Shown: piece by piece, positions 1 to 8,802 of the stretch
Layout of the letters: every line of letters begins with the position of its first letter
Numbering within the stretch: position 1 is the stretch's first letter
DNA from: Candidatus Rokuibacteriota bacterium
Lineage (GTDB): Bacteria > JAUVQV01 > DATDCY01
Assembly (NCBI GenBank): GCA_031406795.1
Contig: JANOHV010000226.1
Coordinates: 1-39,379 of the forward strand
DNA: 39,379 nucleotides
Direction of reading: 5' to 3'
Program-made: the position numbers and the translations under genes
Notes under the pieces: generated by a model
What the model was told of the DNA's origin: nothing
Seen by the model: only the letters and a program-made list of their open reading frames with translations
The model's database searches: none

Positions 1-36
1 GGCGCCACGACAGTCTCCCGCTTCGATCTGCGGCAC
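1..36 (-). CDS. Possible 5' end of a divergent gene running off the window (MPQIEAGDCRGA...)
   Basis: GTG at 36-34 preceded by GGAGAGG on the minus strand; only 12 codons visible. Confidence 0.3.
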   Translation of the reverse strand, partial: MPQIEAGDCRGA

Positions 37-129
37 CGTTTCCTCTCCGACAGTGGCCTTCTAGCCGCTCCCGTCACCAGACAGGACGACATGTCGACCA
101 TCACCGTTTCTTTCCCCGACGGCGCCCAC

Positions 130-135
130 TATAAT
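130..135 (+). promoter_or_regulatory. -10 box (TATAAT) of queA
   Basis: Perfect TATAAT in very GC-rich DNA, 8 nt before TTG 144 and 20 nt before ATG 156. Confidence 0.6.
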
Positions 136-155
136 CCGCCGTCTTGAGAAGAACA

Positions 156-1205
156 ATGAGCGACCGACTGGACGCCTTCGACTTCGATCTGCCGCCGGGG
201 CTGATCGCTCAGGAACCGGTCCGGGTACGCGATGCCGCCCGGCTCCTGGTGCTTGATCGCGCCGCCACCGGGTGTCGCCACGCGCGGTTCTCGGGGCTTC
301 CAGGGTTGCTGCGAGCGGGCGATCTCCTCGTTCTGAACGACTCGGCCGTGCGCCAGGCGCGCCTGTTCGGGCGAAAGGCGGGGACCCACGGACGCGTGGA
401 GGCGCTGCTGCTGGCGCCCGAGGGCGGCGGCCGCTGGCGCTCGCTGGTGCGGGGCGCCGGCCGGCCGGGGACGATCGTGGAGTTCGCCGGCGGCGCGATC
501 CGGGCGACCATGGCCGGCGTCGACAGCAACGGGGAGGCGATTATCGAGTTCGAAGACCCCGAGGGCGGCGAGCGGGCGACCGCTGCCGCCGGTTATCCGC
601 CCCTGCCCCCGTACATCCGGCGCCGGGAGGATGAGGCGCGCCGCCGCCGCCGGAGCGACCGCGCCCGCTACCAGACCGTGTTTGCCCGGCGTCCCGCGTC
701 CGTCGCCGCGCCGACCGCCGGCCTGCATTTCACGGGGAGGCTCTTCGAGCGGCTCGCGCGCGCCGGGGTGCAAACGGCGTTCGTGACGCTCGATGTCGGC
801 CCCGGGACGTTCCGGCCCATTCGCAGCGACGACCTCGCCGAGCACCGGCTCGAGCCGGAGCACGCCGAGATTTCCCCGGAAACGAGCGCCGCGATTGCCG
901 CCGCCAGGGCGCGGGGTGGGCGCGTCGTGGCGGTTGGTACCACGGTCACCAGAACGCTCGAATCGTTCGCGGACGGCCATGGCGGCGTGACGGCGCAGCA
1001 CGCTCCGGCCGGGCTCTTCATTCGCCCCGGGCACCGGTTCCAGGTGGTCGATGCGCTGATCACCAACTTCCATCTCCCGAAATCCAGCTTGCTGGTGCTG
1101 GCGGCCGCGTTCGCCGGGCGGGAGCGGCTGCTCGCCGCGTACGCCGAGGCGGTCAGGATGAAGTACCGCTTCTATAGCTTCGGCGACGCCATGCTGATCG
1201 TGTAG
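156..1205 (+). CDS. queA: S-adenosylmethionine:tRNA ribosyltransferase-isomerase
   Basis: FDFDLPPGLIAQEP, PLPPYIRR, SVAAPTAGLHF, AVGTTVTRTLES, LITNFHLPKSSLL, YRFYSFGDAMLI; upstream of tgt. Start could be TTG 144. Confidence 0.97.
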   Translation: MSDRLDAFDFDLPPGLIAQEPVRVRDAARLLVLDRAATGCRHARFSGLPGLLRAGDLLVLNDSAVRQARLFGRKAGTHGRVEALLLAPEGGGRWRSLVRGAGRPGTIVEFAGGAIRATMAGVDSNGEAIIEFEDPEGGERATAAAGYPPLPPYIRRREDEARRRRRSDRARYQTVFARRPASVAAPTAGLHFTGRLFERLARAGVQTAFVTLDVGPGTFRPIRSDDLAEHRLEPEHAEISPETSAAIAAARARGGRVVAVGTTVTRTLESFADGHGGVTAQHAPAGLFIRPGHRFQVVDALITNFHLPKSSLLVLAAAFAGRERLLAAYAEAVRMKYRFYSFGDAMLIV

Positions 1206-1330
1206 CAGACTGCCGAAAGGGCCGTCTGCGGTGCGGGAGGGGGTGAACCCCTCCCCTACGATCGCTCGATTTCGTTGTAGGGGCGGGGTTGATCCCCGCC
1301 CGGCATTCGAACCTGTTCGAGAAGTCTGCC
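1206..1330 (-). repeat. Composite REP-doublet/MITE-like element, copy 1 (inverted relative to copies 2-4)
   Basis: GGGAGGGGGTGAACCCCTCCCCTAC (1235-1259), 17-nt spacer, GTAGGGGCGGGGTTGATCCCCGCCC (1277-1301); ends resemble the terminal inverted repeats of copy 2. Confidence 0.85.
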
Positions 1331-1359
1331 CAGCACAATTCTTGTCGACGAGACTATTC

Positions 1360-2490
<1,131 letters not shown>

Positions 2491-2518
2491 AGGCTGGAAC
2501 GGGAACAAAGGAGAGACC

Positions 2519-2869
2519 ATGTCGACATCGTTTCTGAGCACCGCGACGGCCTACGCTCAGGCGGCGGGCGCGCCGCAGCAGCCGACCGGAATTCTGGGGT
2601 TCCTGCTCGGGCCCTTCGGGATGATGATCATCATCTTCGGCATCATCTACATGCTGATCATGCGTCCGCAGCAGAAGAAGCAGAAGCAGTTGGCGGAGAT
2701 GCTCCGCAACCTGCAGAAGGGCGACAAGGTCGTGACGCAATCCGGGATCTATGGCACGATCGCCCAGCTCGACGAGAAGATCATCGTGCTCCAGGTCGCC
2801 GACAAGGTGCAGTTGAAGATCGCCCGCTGGTCGGTGGCGGACAAGGTGACCGAAGACCTCGGGGCGTAG
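2519..2869 (+). CDS. yajC: Preprotein translocase subunit YajC
   Basis: TM segment then RPQQKKQKQ...LQKGDKVVTQSGIYG; position tgt-yajC-secD; AAGGAG RBS. Confidence 0.95.
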   Translation: MSTSFLSTATAYAQAAGAPQQPTGILGFLLGPFGMMIIIFGIIYMLIMRPQQKKQKQLAEMLRNLQKGDKVVTQSGIYGTIAQLDEKIIVLQVADKVQLKIARWSVADKVTEDLGA

Positions 2870-2914
2870 CCAGTCCCGCAATTTTCACCAGGAGTTTGGT
2901 TAAAACGAACATGG

Positions 2915-3063
2915 GCAGGCAGCTCAAAAAGGTCCAGGTGCAAGGCGCGCGACGAGGATGTTTCGGGCGGGGATCAACCCCGCCCCTACGCCCGGACCGT
3001 GCGTGCGCAGGGGAGGGGTTCAGCCCCTCCTCAGCGGCACAGGGGCCTTTTTCAGCTGCCTGC
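2915..3063 (+). repeat. Composite REP-doublet/MITE-like element, copy 2 (best-preserved terminal inverted repeats)
   Basis: GCAGGCAGCTCAAAAAGGTCC (2915-2935) and GGGCCTTTTTCAGCTGCCTGC (3043-3063) are complementary at 19 of 21 positions; internal palindromes at 2965-2989 and 3007-3030. Confidence 0.9.
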
Positions 3064-3076
3064 TAACGGAGGGGGA

Positions 3077-4666
3077 ATGCCGAAGGCGTTGAGAGTGCGG
3101 TTTTGGATCATCGTGTCCACGCTGGCCGTCGGGGCGCTCTGCCTCGTGCCGACCTTGGCGGGGGAGATGCCGCCCTGGTGGAACAAACTCGTGCCGGTGC
3201 AGAAGCTGCACCTCGGTCTTGACCTCAAGGGCGGCGTGCACCTCGTCCTTGGCGTCCAGGTCGACAAGGCCGTGGAGAACGCCACCGAGCGCATCGCCAA
3301 CGAACTGCGCGACACCTTGAGGCGCAAGCGCCTCGGGGTCGGCACGGTGCGGCGTGAAGGGCTCACGACGGTGGTGCTCGTACCGTCCCCGGACTCCCCG
3401 CTCGAGAAGGTCCGCGCCGAGATCGCGGAGTATCCGACTTTCCAGATCGAGAAGGACGCCGCCGGCGAGATCCGCATGCAGATGCGCGCCACCGAGGCCG
3501 AGCGGATCCGCCAGTACGCGGTCGACCAGGGCCTGGAGACCATTCGCAACCGCATCGACCAGTTCGGCGTCGCCGAGACCACGGTCGTGAAGCAGGGGAC
3601 CAACCGCATCCTCGTGGAACTGCCCGGGGTCGGCGACCAGGCCCGCGCGCGCCAGCTCATCGGCAAGACCGCGCTGCTGGAGTTCAAGCTCATTGACGAG
3701 GCCAACAGCCTCGAGGAGGCGCTCAAGGGGACCGTGCCCCCGGGCAGCCAGGTGCTGTACCAGCAGGAAACCGACCCGGCCACCGGCGTGTCGAGCAAGC
3801 AGCCGTACCTGGTGCAGAAGCGGGTGATTCTCACCGGCGGCGACCTCAACGACGCCCAGGTCGATCTCTCCGGCTCTTCCGGCAAGGGCCCGGCCGTCTC
3901 GATGAACTTCAACAACCGCGGCGGGCGGACCTTCGCGCTGGTCACCGAGGAGAACGTCGGCAAGCGCCTGGCGATCGTCCTCGACGACAACGTCTACTCG
4001 GCGCCGGTGATCCAGGAGAAGATCACCGGCGGGCGCGCCCAGATCAGCGGGCGGTTCACGGTCGAGGAGGCCACCGATCTGGCGATCGTACTGCGCGCGG
4101 GCAGCCTGCCCGCGCCGGTCGAGATCCTCGAGGAGCGCTCGGTGGGCCCGTCGCTCGGCTCCGATCTGGTGAAGAAGGGCGTCCTCGCGACGCTCGCGGC
4201 GACGCTGGTGGTGCTGGTCTTCATGGGGGTGTACTACGCGCTCTCCGGGCTGGTCGCCAACCTCGCGCTCGTGATGAATCTCTTCCTGCTGCTCGCCGTC
4301 ATGGCCGCGTTCGGCGCCTCGCTGACGCTGCCGGGCATCGCCGGCATCGTGCTGACGCTCGGCATGGCGGTGGACGCGAACGTGTTGATCTTCGAGCGCA
4401 TCCGCGAGGAGCTGCGCGCCGGCCGCGCGATCAAGGCCGCCGTCGAGAACGGCTACAACCGCGCGTTCGTGACGATCCTCGACTCCAACGTCACGACGGT
4501 GCTCACCGCCGTCGTGCTGCTGGTCTTCGGCAGCGGCCCGGTCAAGGGCTTCGCCGTCACGCTGAGTATCGGTCTCATCGTGAGCATGTTCACCGCGGTG
4601 GTCGTTACGCGGTGGATCTACGACTATGTTCTCATGACGCGCCCCGTCGCGCGGCTCAGCATCTAG
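3077..4666 (+). CDS. secD: Protein translocase subunit SecD
   Basis: LHLGLDLKGGVHLVL, IRNRIDQFGVAE, LRAGSLPAP, GMAVDANVLIFERIREE; ATG 3077 after GGAGGGG. Confidence 0.98.
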   Translation: MPKALRVRFWIIVSTLAVGALCLVPTLAGEMPPWWNKLVPVQKLHLGLDLKGGVHLVLGVQVDKAVENATERIANELRDTLRRKRLGVGTVRREGLTTVVLVPSPDSPLEKVRAEIAEYPTFQIEKDAAGEIRMQMRATEAERIRQYAVDQGLETIRNRIDQFGVAETTVVKQGTNRILVELPGVGDQARARQLIGKTALLEFKLIDEANSLEEALKGTVPPGSQVLYQQETDPATGVSSKQPYLVQKRVILTGGDLNDAQVDLSGSSGKGPAVSMNFNNRGGRTFALVTEENVGKRLAIVLDDNVYSAPVIQEKITGGRAQISGRFTVEEATDLAIVLRAGSLPAPVEILEERSVGPSLGSDLVKKGVLATLAATLVVLVFMGVYYALSGLVANLALVMNLFLLLAVMAAFGASLTLPGIAGIVLTLGMAVDANVLIFERIREELRAGRAIKAAVENGYNRAFVTILDSNVTTVLTAVVLLVFGSGPVKGFAVTLSIGLIVSMFTAVVVTRWIYDYVLMTRPVARLSI

Positions 4667-4690
4667 CGCAGGCGGGGAGGGAGACCGAGC

Positions 4691-5596
4691 ATGTTCCAGA
4701 TCATCCGGCACGACACGAACTACCCGTTCACCCGGCTCATGAAGCCGGCCCTGTTTCTTTCCGGCTTCCTGATCCTGCTCTCGCTCGGCACGTTCGTGAT
4801 GCGCGGCGGGCTCAACTACGGCATCGACTTCGTCGGCGGCACGATCGTCGAGCTCAAGTTCCAGGCGCCGGTCGACATCGCCGCGGTGCGCTCGGTGCTC
4901 GGCCCGGCGGGCCTCGGCGGCGCCGAGATCAAGCACTTCGGCAGCGACAGCGAGGTGCTGATCTCGACCGAACAGAGTTCGACGAGCGTCGACGGCGTCG
5001 AGAAGACCATCCGCGGCGCGCTCGACACACGCTGGAGCGGGCAGTACGCCGTGCAGCGCCTCGAGATGGTCGGCCCGAAGATCGGCGCCGACCTGCGCAG
5101 CAAGGCGCTCTGGTCGCTCGTGGCCTCCTGGGCGCTGATGCTCGCCTACGTCACCTGGCGCTTCGAGTTCAAATTCGCGGTCGGCGGCATCCTCGCGCTC
5201 GTGCACGACGTCATCATCTCGGTCGGGCTGTTCACGCTGCTCGGCCGCACCTTCAGCCTGACGGTGCTCGCCGCGGTGCTGACCATCGTCGGCTACTCGA
5301 TCAACGACACTATCGTCATCTATGACCGGATCCGCGAACTGCTCAAACGCGAGGGCAACCGCCCGTTCCGGGAGATCATCGACCTCGCGGTCAACCAGAC
5401 GCTCAGCCGCAGCATCCTGACTTCGCTGACGGTGTTCTTCGTGCTGATGGTGCTGTACCTCTTCGGCGGGGCGATCATCAGCGACTTCTCGCTGATCCTG
5501 CTGATCGGCGTGATCGTCGGCAGCTACTCGACGATCTTCATCGCGGCCCCGATCATCCTGGTCTGGGAAGGTAAAGGGATCCGGCTCCGCAAGTAG
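4691..5596 (+). CDS. secF: Protein translocase subunit SecF
   Basis: GLNYGIDFVGG, VGPKIGADL, GYSINDTIVIYDRIRE, QTLSRSILTS. Confidence 0.98.
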   Translation: MFQIIRHDTNYPFTRLMKPALFLSGFLILLSLGTFVMRGGLNYGIDFVGGTIVELKFQAPVDIAAVRSVLGPAGLGGAEIKHFGSDSEVLISTEQSSTSVDGVEKTIRGALDTRWSGQYAVQRLEMVGPKIGADLRSKALWSLVASWALMLAYVTWRFEFKFAVGGILALVHDVIISVGLFTLLGRTFSLTVLAAVLTIVGYSINDTIVIYDRIRELLKREGNRPFREIIDLAVNQTLSRSILTSLTVFFVLMVLYLFGGAIISDFSLILLIGVIVGSYSTIFIAAPIILVWEGKGIRLRK

Positions 5597-5617
5597 GCGG
5601 GCCGCGGGACGGAGGCG

Positions 5618-6166
5618 ATGAGCGCAAGAGTGGCGCTCGGCGCGCCCCTGGTCCTGTCCCTCGTCGGGCATGCCGCGGTGCTCGGCGTGCTGGCCGGCGT
5701 CGGACTCGCGGGGGGCGGGGCGGCGCCGCCGGCCGCCGGGCGGGTGATCCCGGTGAAGCGCGCGGTCGATCCTCCGGCGGCGTCGGCCGCGTTGCGCCTG
5801 CGGGTGGAATTCGGCGAGCCCGCAGCCGAAGCCCCCCGCGTCGGGTCCGACGGGGAGGCGATCGCCCTCGACTCCGCGGACCCGCGCTACCGCCCGTATC
5901 TCAGCAGCCTGAAGCGGCGCATCTGGGAGCGCTGGAGCGCGCCGCTGCTGCCGGGCGGCACGGTGGCGCAGGGCGCCCTGGTGGTCGAGTTCACCCTCAC
6001 GCGCAGCGGCCGGCTCACCGGGTCGAGCGTTCGCGAAACATCCGGAACGCCGGCGCTCGACCGGGCCGCGCTCGACGCCGTGGCGCGCGCCGTCCCGTTC
6101 AATCCGCTGCCGGCCTCGATCGCCGGCGCTTCGATGCGCGTGCGCGCCCGCTTCATCTATGATTAG
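5618..6166 (+). CDS. TonB/TolA C-terminal-domain membrane protein
   Basis: N-terminal anchor with SLVGH (SxxxH), C-terminal YLSSLKRRIWERW...VVEFTL...SG.PALDRAALDAV..A.PF.PLP. Confidence 0.8.
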   Translation: MSARVALGAPLVLSLVGHAAVLGVLAGVGLAGGGAAPPAAGRVIPVKRAVDPPAASAALRLRVEFGEPAAEAPRVGSDGEAIALDSADPRYRPYLSSLKRRIWERWSAPLLPGGTVAQGALVVEFTLTRSGRLTGSSVRETSGTPALDRAALDAVARAVPFNPLPASIAGASMRVRARFIYD

Positions 6167-6233
6167 CCCGGGCGGTGCGTGCGATCACGCCGTCCACGAC
6201 TTCCGCGGTGTGCGGGAGGACGGGGGAACGGGC

Positions 6234-7001
6234 ATGCTGGACAAGGTCGCGATCGTGCTCGTCGAGCCGCGGGAACCGGGGAACATCGGCGCCGCGGCGC
6301 GGGCGATGGCGAACATGGGCCTCTCGCGCCTCGTGCTCGTGCGCCCGCCGGACCATCGCGTCGCGGACGCCTTCCGGATGGCGCTGGCGGCCCGTCCGAT
6401 TCTCGAGTCCGCCCTGGTGGTCGACGACCTCGCGCAGGCGCTCGCCGGCTTCGGCTTCGTCGCCGGCACGACGCGCCGGCCGGGTGCGGGGCGTCGCGGG
6501 CGCGTCACGCCCCGGCAGCTCGCCGTGGAGCTGCCGGCCGTGGCGGTCGAGAATGACGTGGCGATCCTCTTCGGCCGTGAGGACAGCGGCCTGACCAATG
6601 AGGAACTCCAGTACTGCCAGCGGCTGGTGACGATCCCATCGAGCGAAGGCTTCGGATCGCTCAACCTCGCGCAGTCGGTGCTGACGATCGCTTACGAGAT
6701 CTTCCTCGCCGACGCTGCCGCCGGTTCGCGGGGGGCGGGTGCGGCGGCCCGGCGCGCTCCGACCGCCGAACTCGAGGGATTGTACGCGCAGATGCAGCGA
6801 GCGCTGCTGGACATCGGCTACCTGGATCCGGCGAACCCGGCGCACATGATGCGGGTCTTCCGGCGTCTGTTCGGGCGCGCCGGGCCGGACGCACGCGAAG
6901 TCAAGGCGCTGCGGGGGATCTTCCGCCAGGTCGACTGGTACGTCGGACGTCGGGGAAAGCGCCCCGCGCCCGCGGGTGAACCCGACGGCCTTCCCGATTG
7001 A
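6234..7001 (+). CDS. trmJ: SPOUT RNA methyltransferase, TrmJ/LasT family
   Basis: IVLVEP..PGNIGAAARAMANMG, AILFGREDSGLTNEEL, SLNLAQSV, ALRGIF. Confidence 0.9.
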   Translation: MLDKVAIVLVEPREPGNIGAAARAMANMGLSRLVLVRPPDHRVADAFRMALAARPILESALVVDDLAQALAGFGFVAGTTRRPGAGRRGRVTPRQLAVELPAVAVENDVAILFGREDSGLTNEELQYCQRLVTIPSSEGFGSLNLAQSVLTIAYEIFLADAAAGSRGAGAAARRAPTAELEGLYAQMQRALLDIGYLDPANPAHMMRVFRRLFGRAGPDAREVKALRGIFRQVDWYVGRRGKRPAPAGEPDGLPD

Positions 7002-7027
7002 CACGGTGCCCGGGCCGTCGCTAGACT
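6998..7027 (+). promoter_or_regulatory. Sigma70-type promoter for the 7064 gene, overlapping the trmJ stop
   Basis: TTGACA (6998-7003), 18 nt, TAGACT (7022-7027). Confidence 0.6.
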
Positions 7028-7063
7028 CGCTCGCTGTGTTCCCAAGGAGAGGATGAAGACGAC

Positions 7064-7957
7064 ATGAGAAACCCCGTCCGCCGCCTGGTTCTGCCGACGC
7101 TGCTGGCGATCGCGCTGCTCCCCGCCGCGCTCCTCGCGGCGGATCCCGGCGATCTGGTCGTCTTCTTCAAGACGCAGGACCTCCAGGGGCAGCCCGTCTC
7201 GCTCGGCGACCTCGTCGCGCGCCGCCGCGTCGCAGTCTTCTTCTGGGACTGGCGGCGAGCGACTTCTGCGCGCGCGATGCAGGCCGTCGATCGGCTGCAG
7301 GGTCTTTATCGGCAGCAGGGCTTCGAGGTTGTTGCCGTCGAAGGGGAGGGCAGCACGGTGGAGGAGGTTCGCGAACGCGTCGAGAAGCTCCGGGCCATCG
7401 GCAGCGCGCAGCGGTACACCATCGTGCCCGACCCCGGGGGGCGCATCGCCCGCCAGTTCCGCGTCGAGAGCACGCCCCATATCTTCCTGCTCGACGGGGC
7501 CGGGAGAGTCTCTTTCCATCTCGACGGCTTCCGGGCGGACGACGAGCCGGTGCTCGAAGCGCGGATCAAGGAGGGTCTGGGCATCGCTGCGCCGCTCCCG
7601 CCGCGGGCGCCGGCGGTTGCCGCGCCGCGGCAGGCGCAGCAGGTCGCGGCCGCGCCGGAGCCGCCCCGCGAGAGGGCGCCGGCTGCGGACCCGACGGCCG
7701 CTCTGCTGGAGAAATACCGCTACTTCGGCAATTTCCACCTCAATCGGGAGGAGCCGGCGAAGGCCGAGGAGTATTTCCGCAAGCTTGTCGCGCTGGCGCC
7801 GAACGACACGCCGGCCTGGCTGCACATCGGCGAGGCCTGCGCGCGGCAGCGCCGCTACGATCAGGCGCGCGAAGCTTGGGAGCAGGCCCTGCGCATCGAG
7901 CCGGGCAACCGGGAGGCCGACGCCAACATCCGCCGCCTGATCCGCGGCGAGTATTAA
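7064..7957 (+). CDS. Exported thioredoxin-fold (TlpA/AhpC-TSA-like, no CxxC) plus TPR protein
   Basis: Signal peptide; DLQGQPVSL..L...VAVFFWDW, DPGGRIARQFRVESTPHIFLLD; Pro/Ala linker; C-terminal TPR repeats (AEEYFRKLVALAP, AREAWEQALRIEP). Confidence 0.75.
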   Translation: MRNPVRRLVLPTLLAIALLPAALLAADPGDLVVFFKTQDLQGQPVSLGDLVARRRVAVFFWDWRRATSARAMQAVDRLQGLYRQQGFEVVAVEGEGSTVEEVRERVEKLRAIGSAQRYTIVPDPGGRIARQFRVESTPHIFLLDGAGRVSFHLDGFRADDEPVLEARIKEGLGIAAPLPPRAPAVAAPRQAQQVAAAPEPPRERAPAADPTAALLEKYRYFGNFHLNREEPAKAEEYFRKLVALAPNDTPAWLHIGEACARQRRYDQAREAWEQALRIEPGNREADANIRRLIRGEY

Positions 7958-7981
7958 CGAAGATCTTCGCTACCCGATTGG

Positions 7982-8135
7982 ACGGACAGCTCAAAAGGGT
8001 CCATATGCAAGGCGCGCGACTAGGTTGTTTGGGCGGGGATCAACCCCGCCCCTACGTCCGGACCATACGCACGTAGGGGAGGGGTTCACCCCCTCCCGTG
8101 CCGGAGATGGGCTGTTTTCAGCGGCCGGCGGCCTG
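7982..8135 (+). repeat. Composite REP-doublet/MITE-like element, copy 3
   Basis: CAGCTCAAAAGGGTCCATATGCAAGGCGCGCGAC matches copy 2; palindromes at 8031-8055 and 8073-8097 with 17-nt spacer; lies between convergent genes. Confidence 0.9.
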
Positions 8136-8516
8136 TCACGCGGGGGCGATGCGGTATTCCTGCTGGAGGTAGGCGCCGAGCAGCGCGTCGCGGTCGTCTT
8201 CGGAGATCTCGGTGAACTGCACTCCGTTGCGCCAGGGGCCGTCGTCCTGGCGGTCGACATAAACCACGACCCCCGCGGTCTTGATCGTCCGCTCCCCGAG
8301 AATGATTTCCAGCCGCAGGGTTTCGCCGTGGTCGAGGGGCTGCTCGGATTCGAACATCAACCCGCCGAGGCCCAGGGTCCGGGTGCGCGAAAACTGCGGG
8401 GCGAACTCGCCGCCTTCCGGCGGCTGGCGCCGGTAGGCGACGACATATTCGGCCGCCATGCGCGGATACCGCCGCACGGGGGCCTGTCCCGGGGTCTGCC
8501 GCGATTGATCATCCAT
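8136..8516 (-). CDS. Single-domain PilZ protein
   Basis: RRYPR (RxxxR), TLGLGGLMF in place of D/NxSxGG, G.VVY, GVQF..IS..DR..L. Confidence 0.8.
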   Translation of the reverse strand: MDDQSRQTPGQAPVRRYPRMAAEYVVAYRRQPPEGGEFAPQFSRTRTLGLGGLMFESEQPLDHGETLRLEIILGERTIKTAGVVVYVDRQDDGPWRNGVQFTEISEDDRDALLGAYLQQEYRIAPA

Positions 8517-8524
8517 GCGGGCGG

Positions 8525-8530
8525 ATTATA
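8525..8530 (-). promoter_or_regulatory. -10 box (TATAAT) 8 nt before the PilZ ATG; leaderless candidate
   Basis: Minus strand reads TATAAT-CCGCCCGC-ATG; no SD. Confidence 0.6.
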
Positions 8531-8576
8531 GACCCCGGAACCGCGCGACACAACTCTCCCGGCGCAGTTCTCCAAA

Positions 8577-8776
8577 ATCCGCGCGTGACGCGCGGATCAG
8601 GAGAGTCAGGCTAGTCGCCTGGTCCGGTTTATCCAAGTCGATGCTCATATCTGATCGCAATGGATGCTTCAAGCGATGCTTGAGCTCTGCCACACCCTGC
8701 CTCCAGCAAGAAATCCTGCTTTTTCGGCGATTGAAATGCCTCCTCTGCTGCTGGATCCGCGCGTGCGCGCGGATCC
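8577..8776. repeat. Pair of TCCGCGCG-type hairpins bracketing about 155 bp of lower-GC DNA
   Basis: ATCCGCGCG-TGA-CGCGCGGAT (8577-8597) and GGATCCGCGCG-TG-CGCGCGGATCC (8753-8776). Confidence 0.75.
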
Positions 8777-8802
8777 GGGCGGTTCTCCGCGTCGGCGGTG
8801 GT

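Noticed and set aside
2999-3076. N-terminal extensions in the ORF track (secD 2999, maeA 10620, MCP 18384, ATPase 27723, ppdK 35328, UppS-like 39331)
   Set aside because: They run through repeats, promoters or upstream genes; downstream starts have an RBS or promoter and match family N-termini
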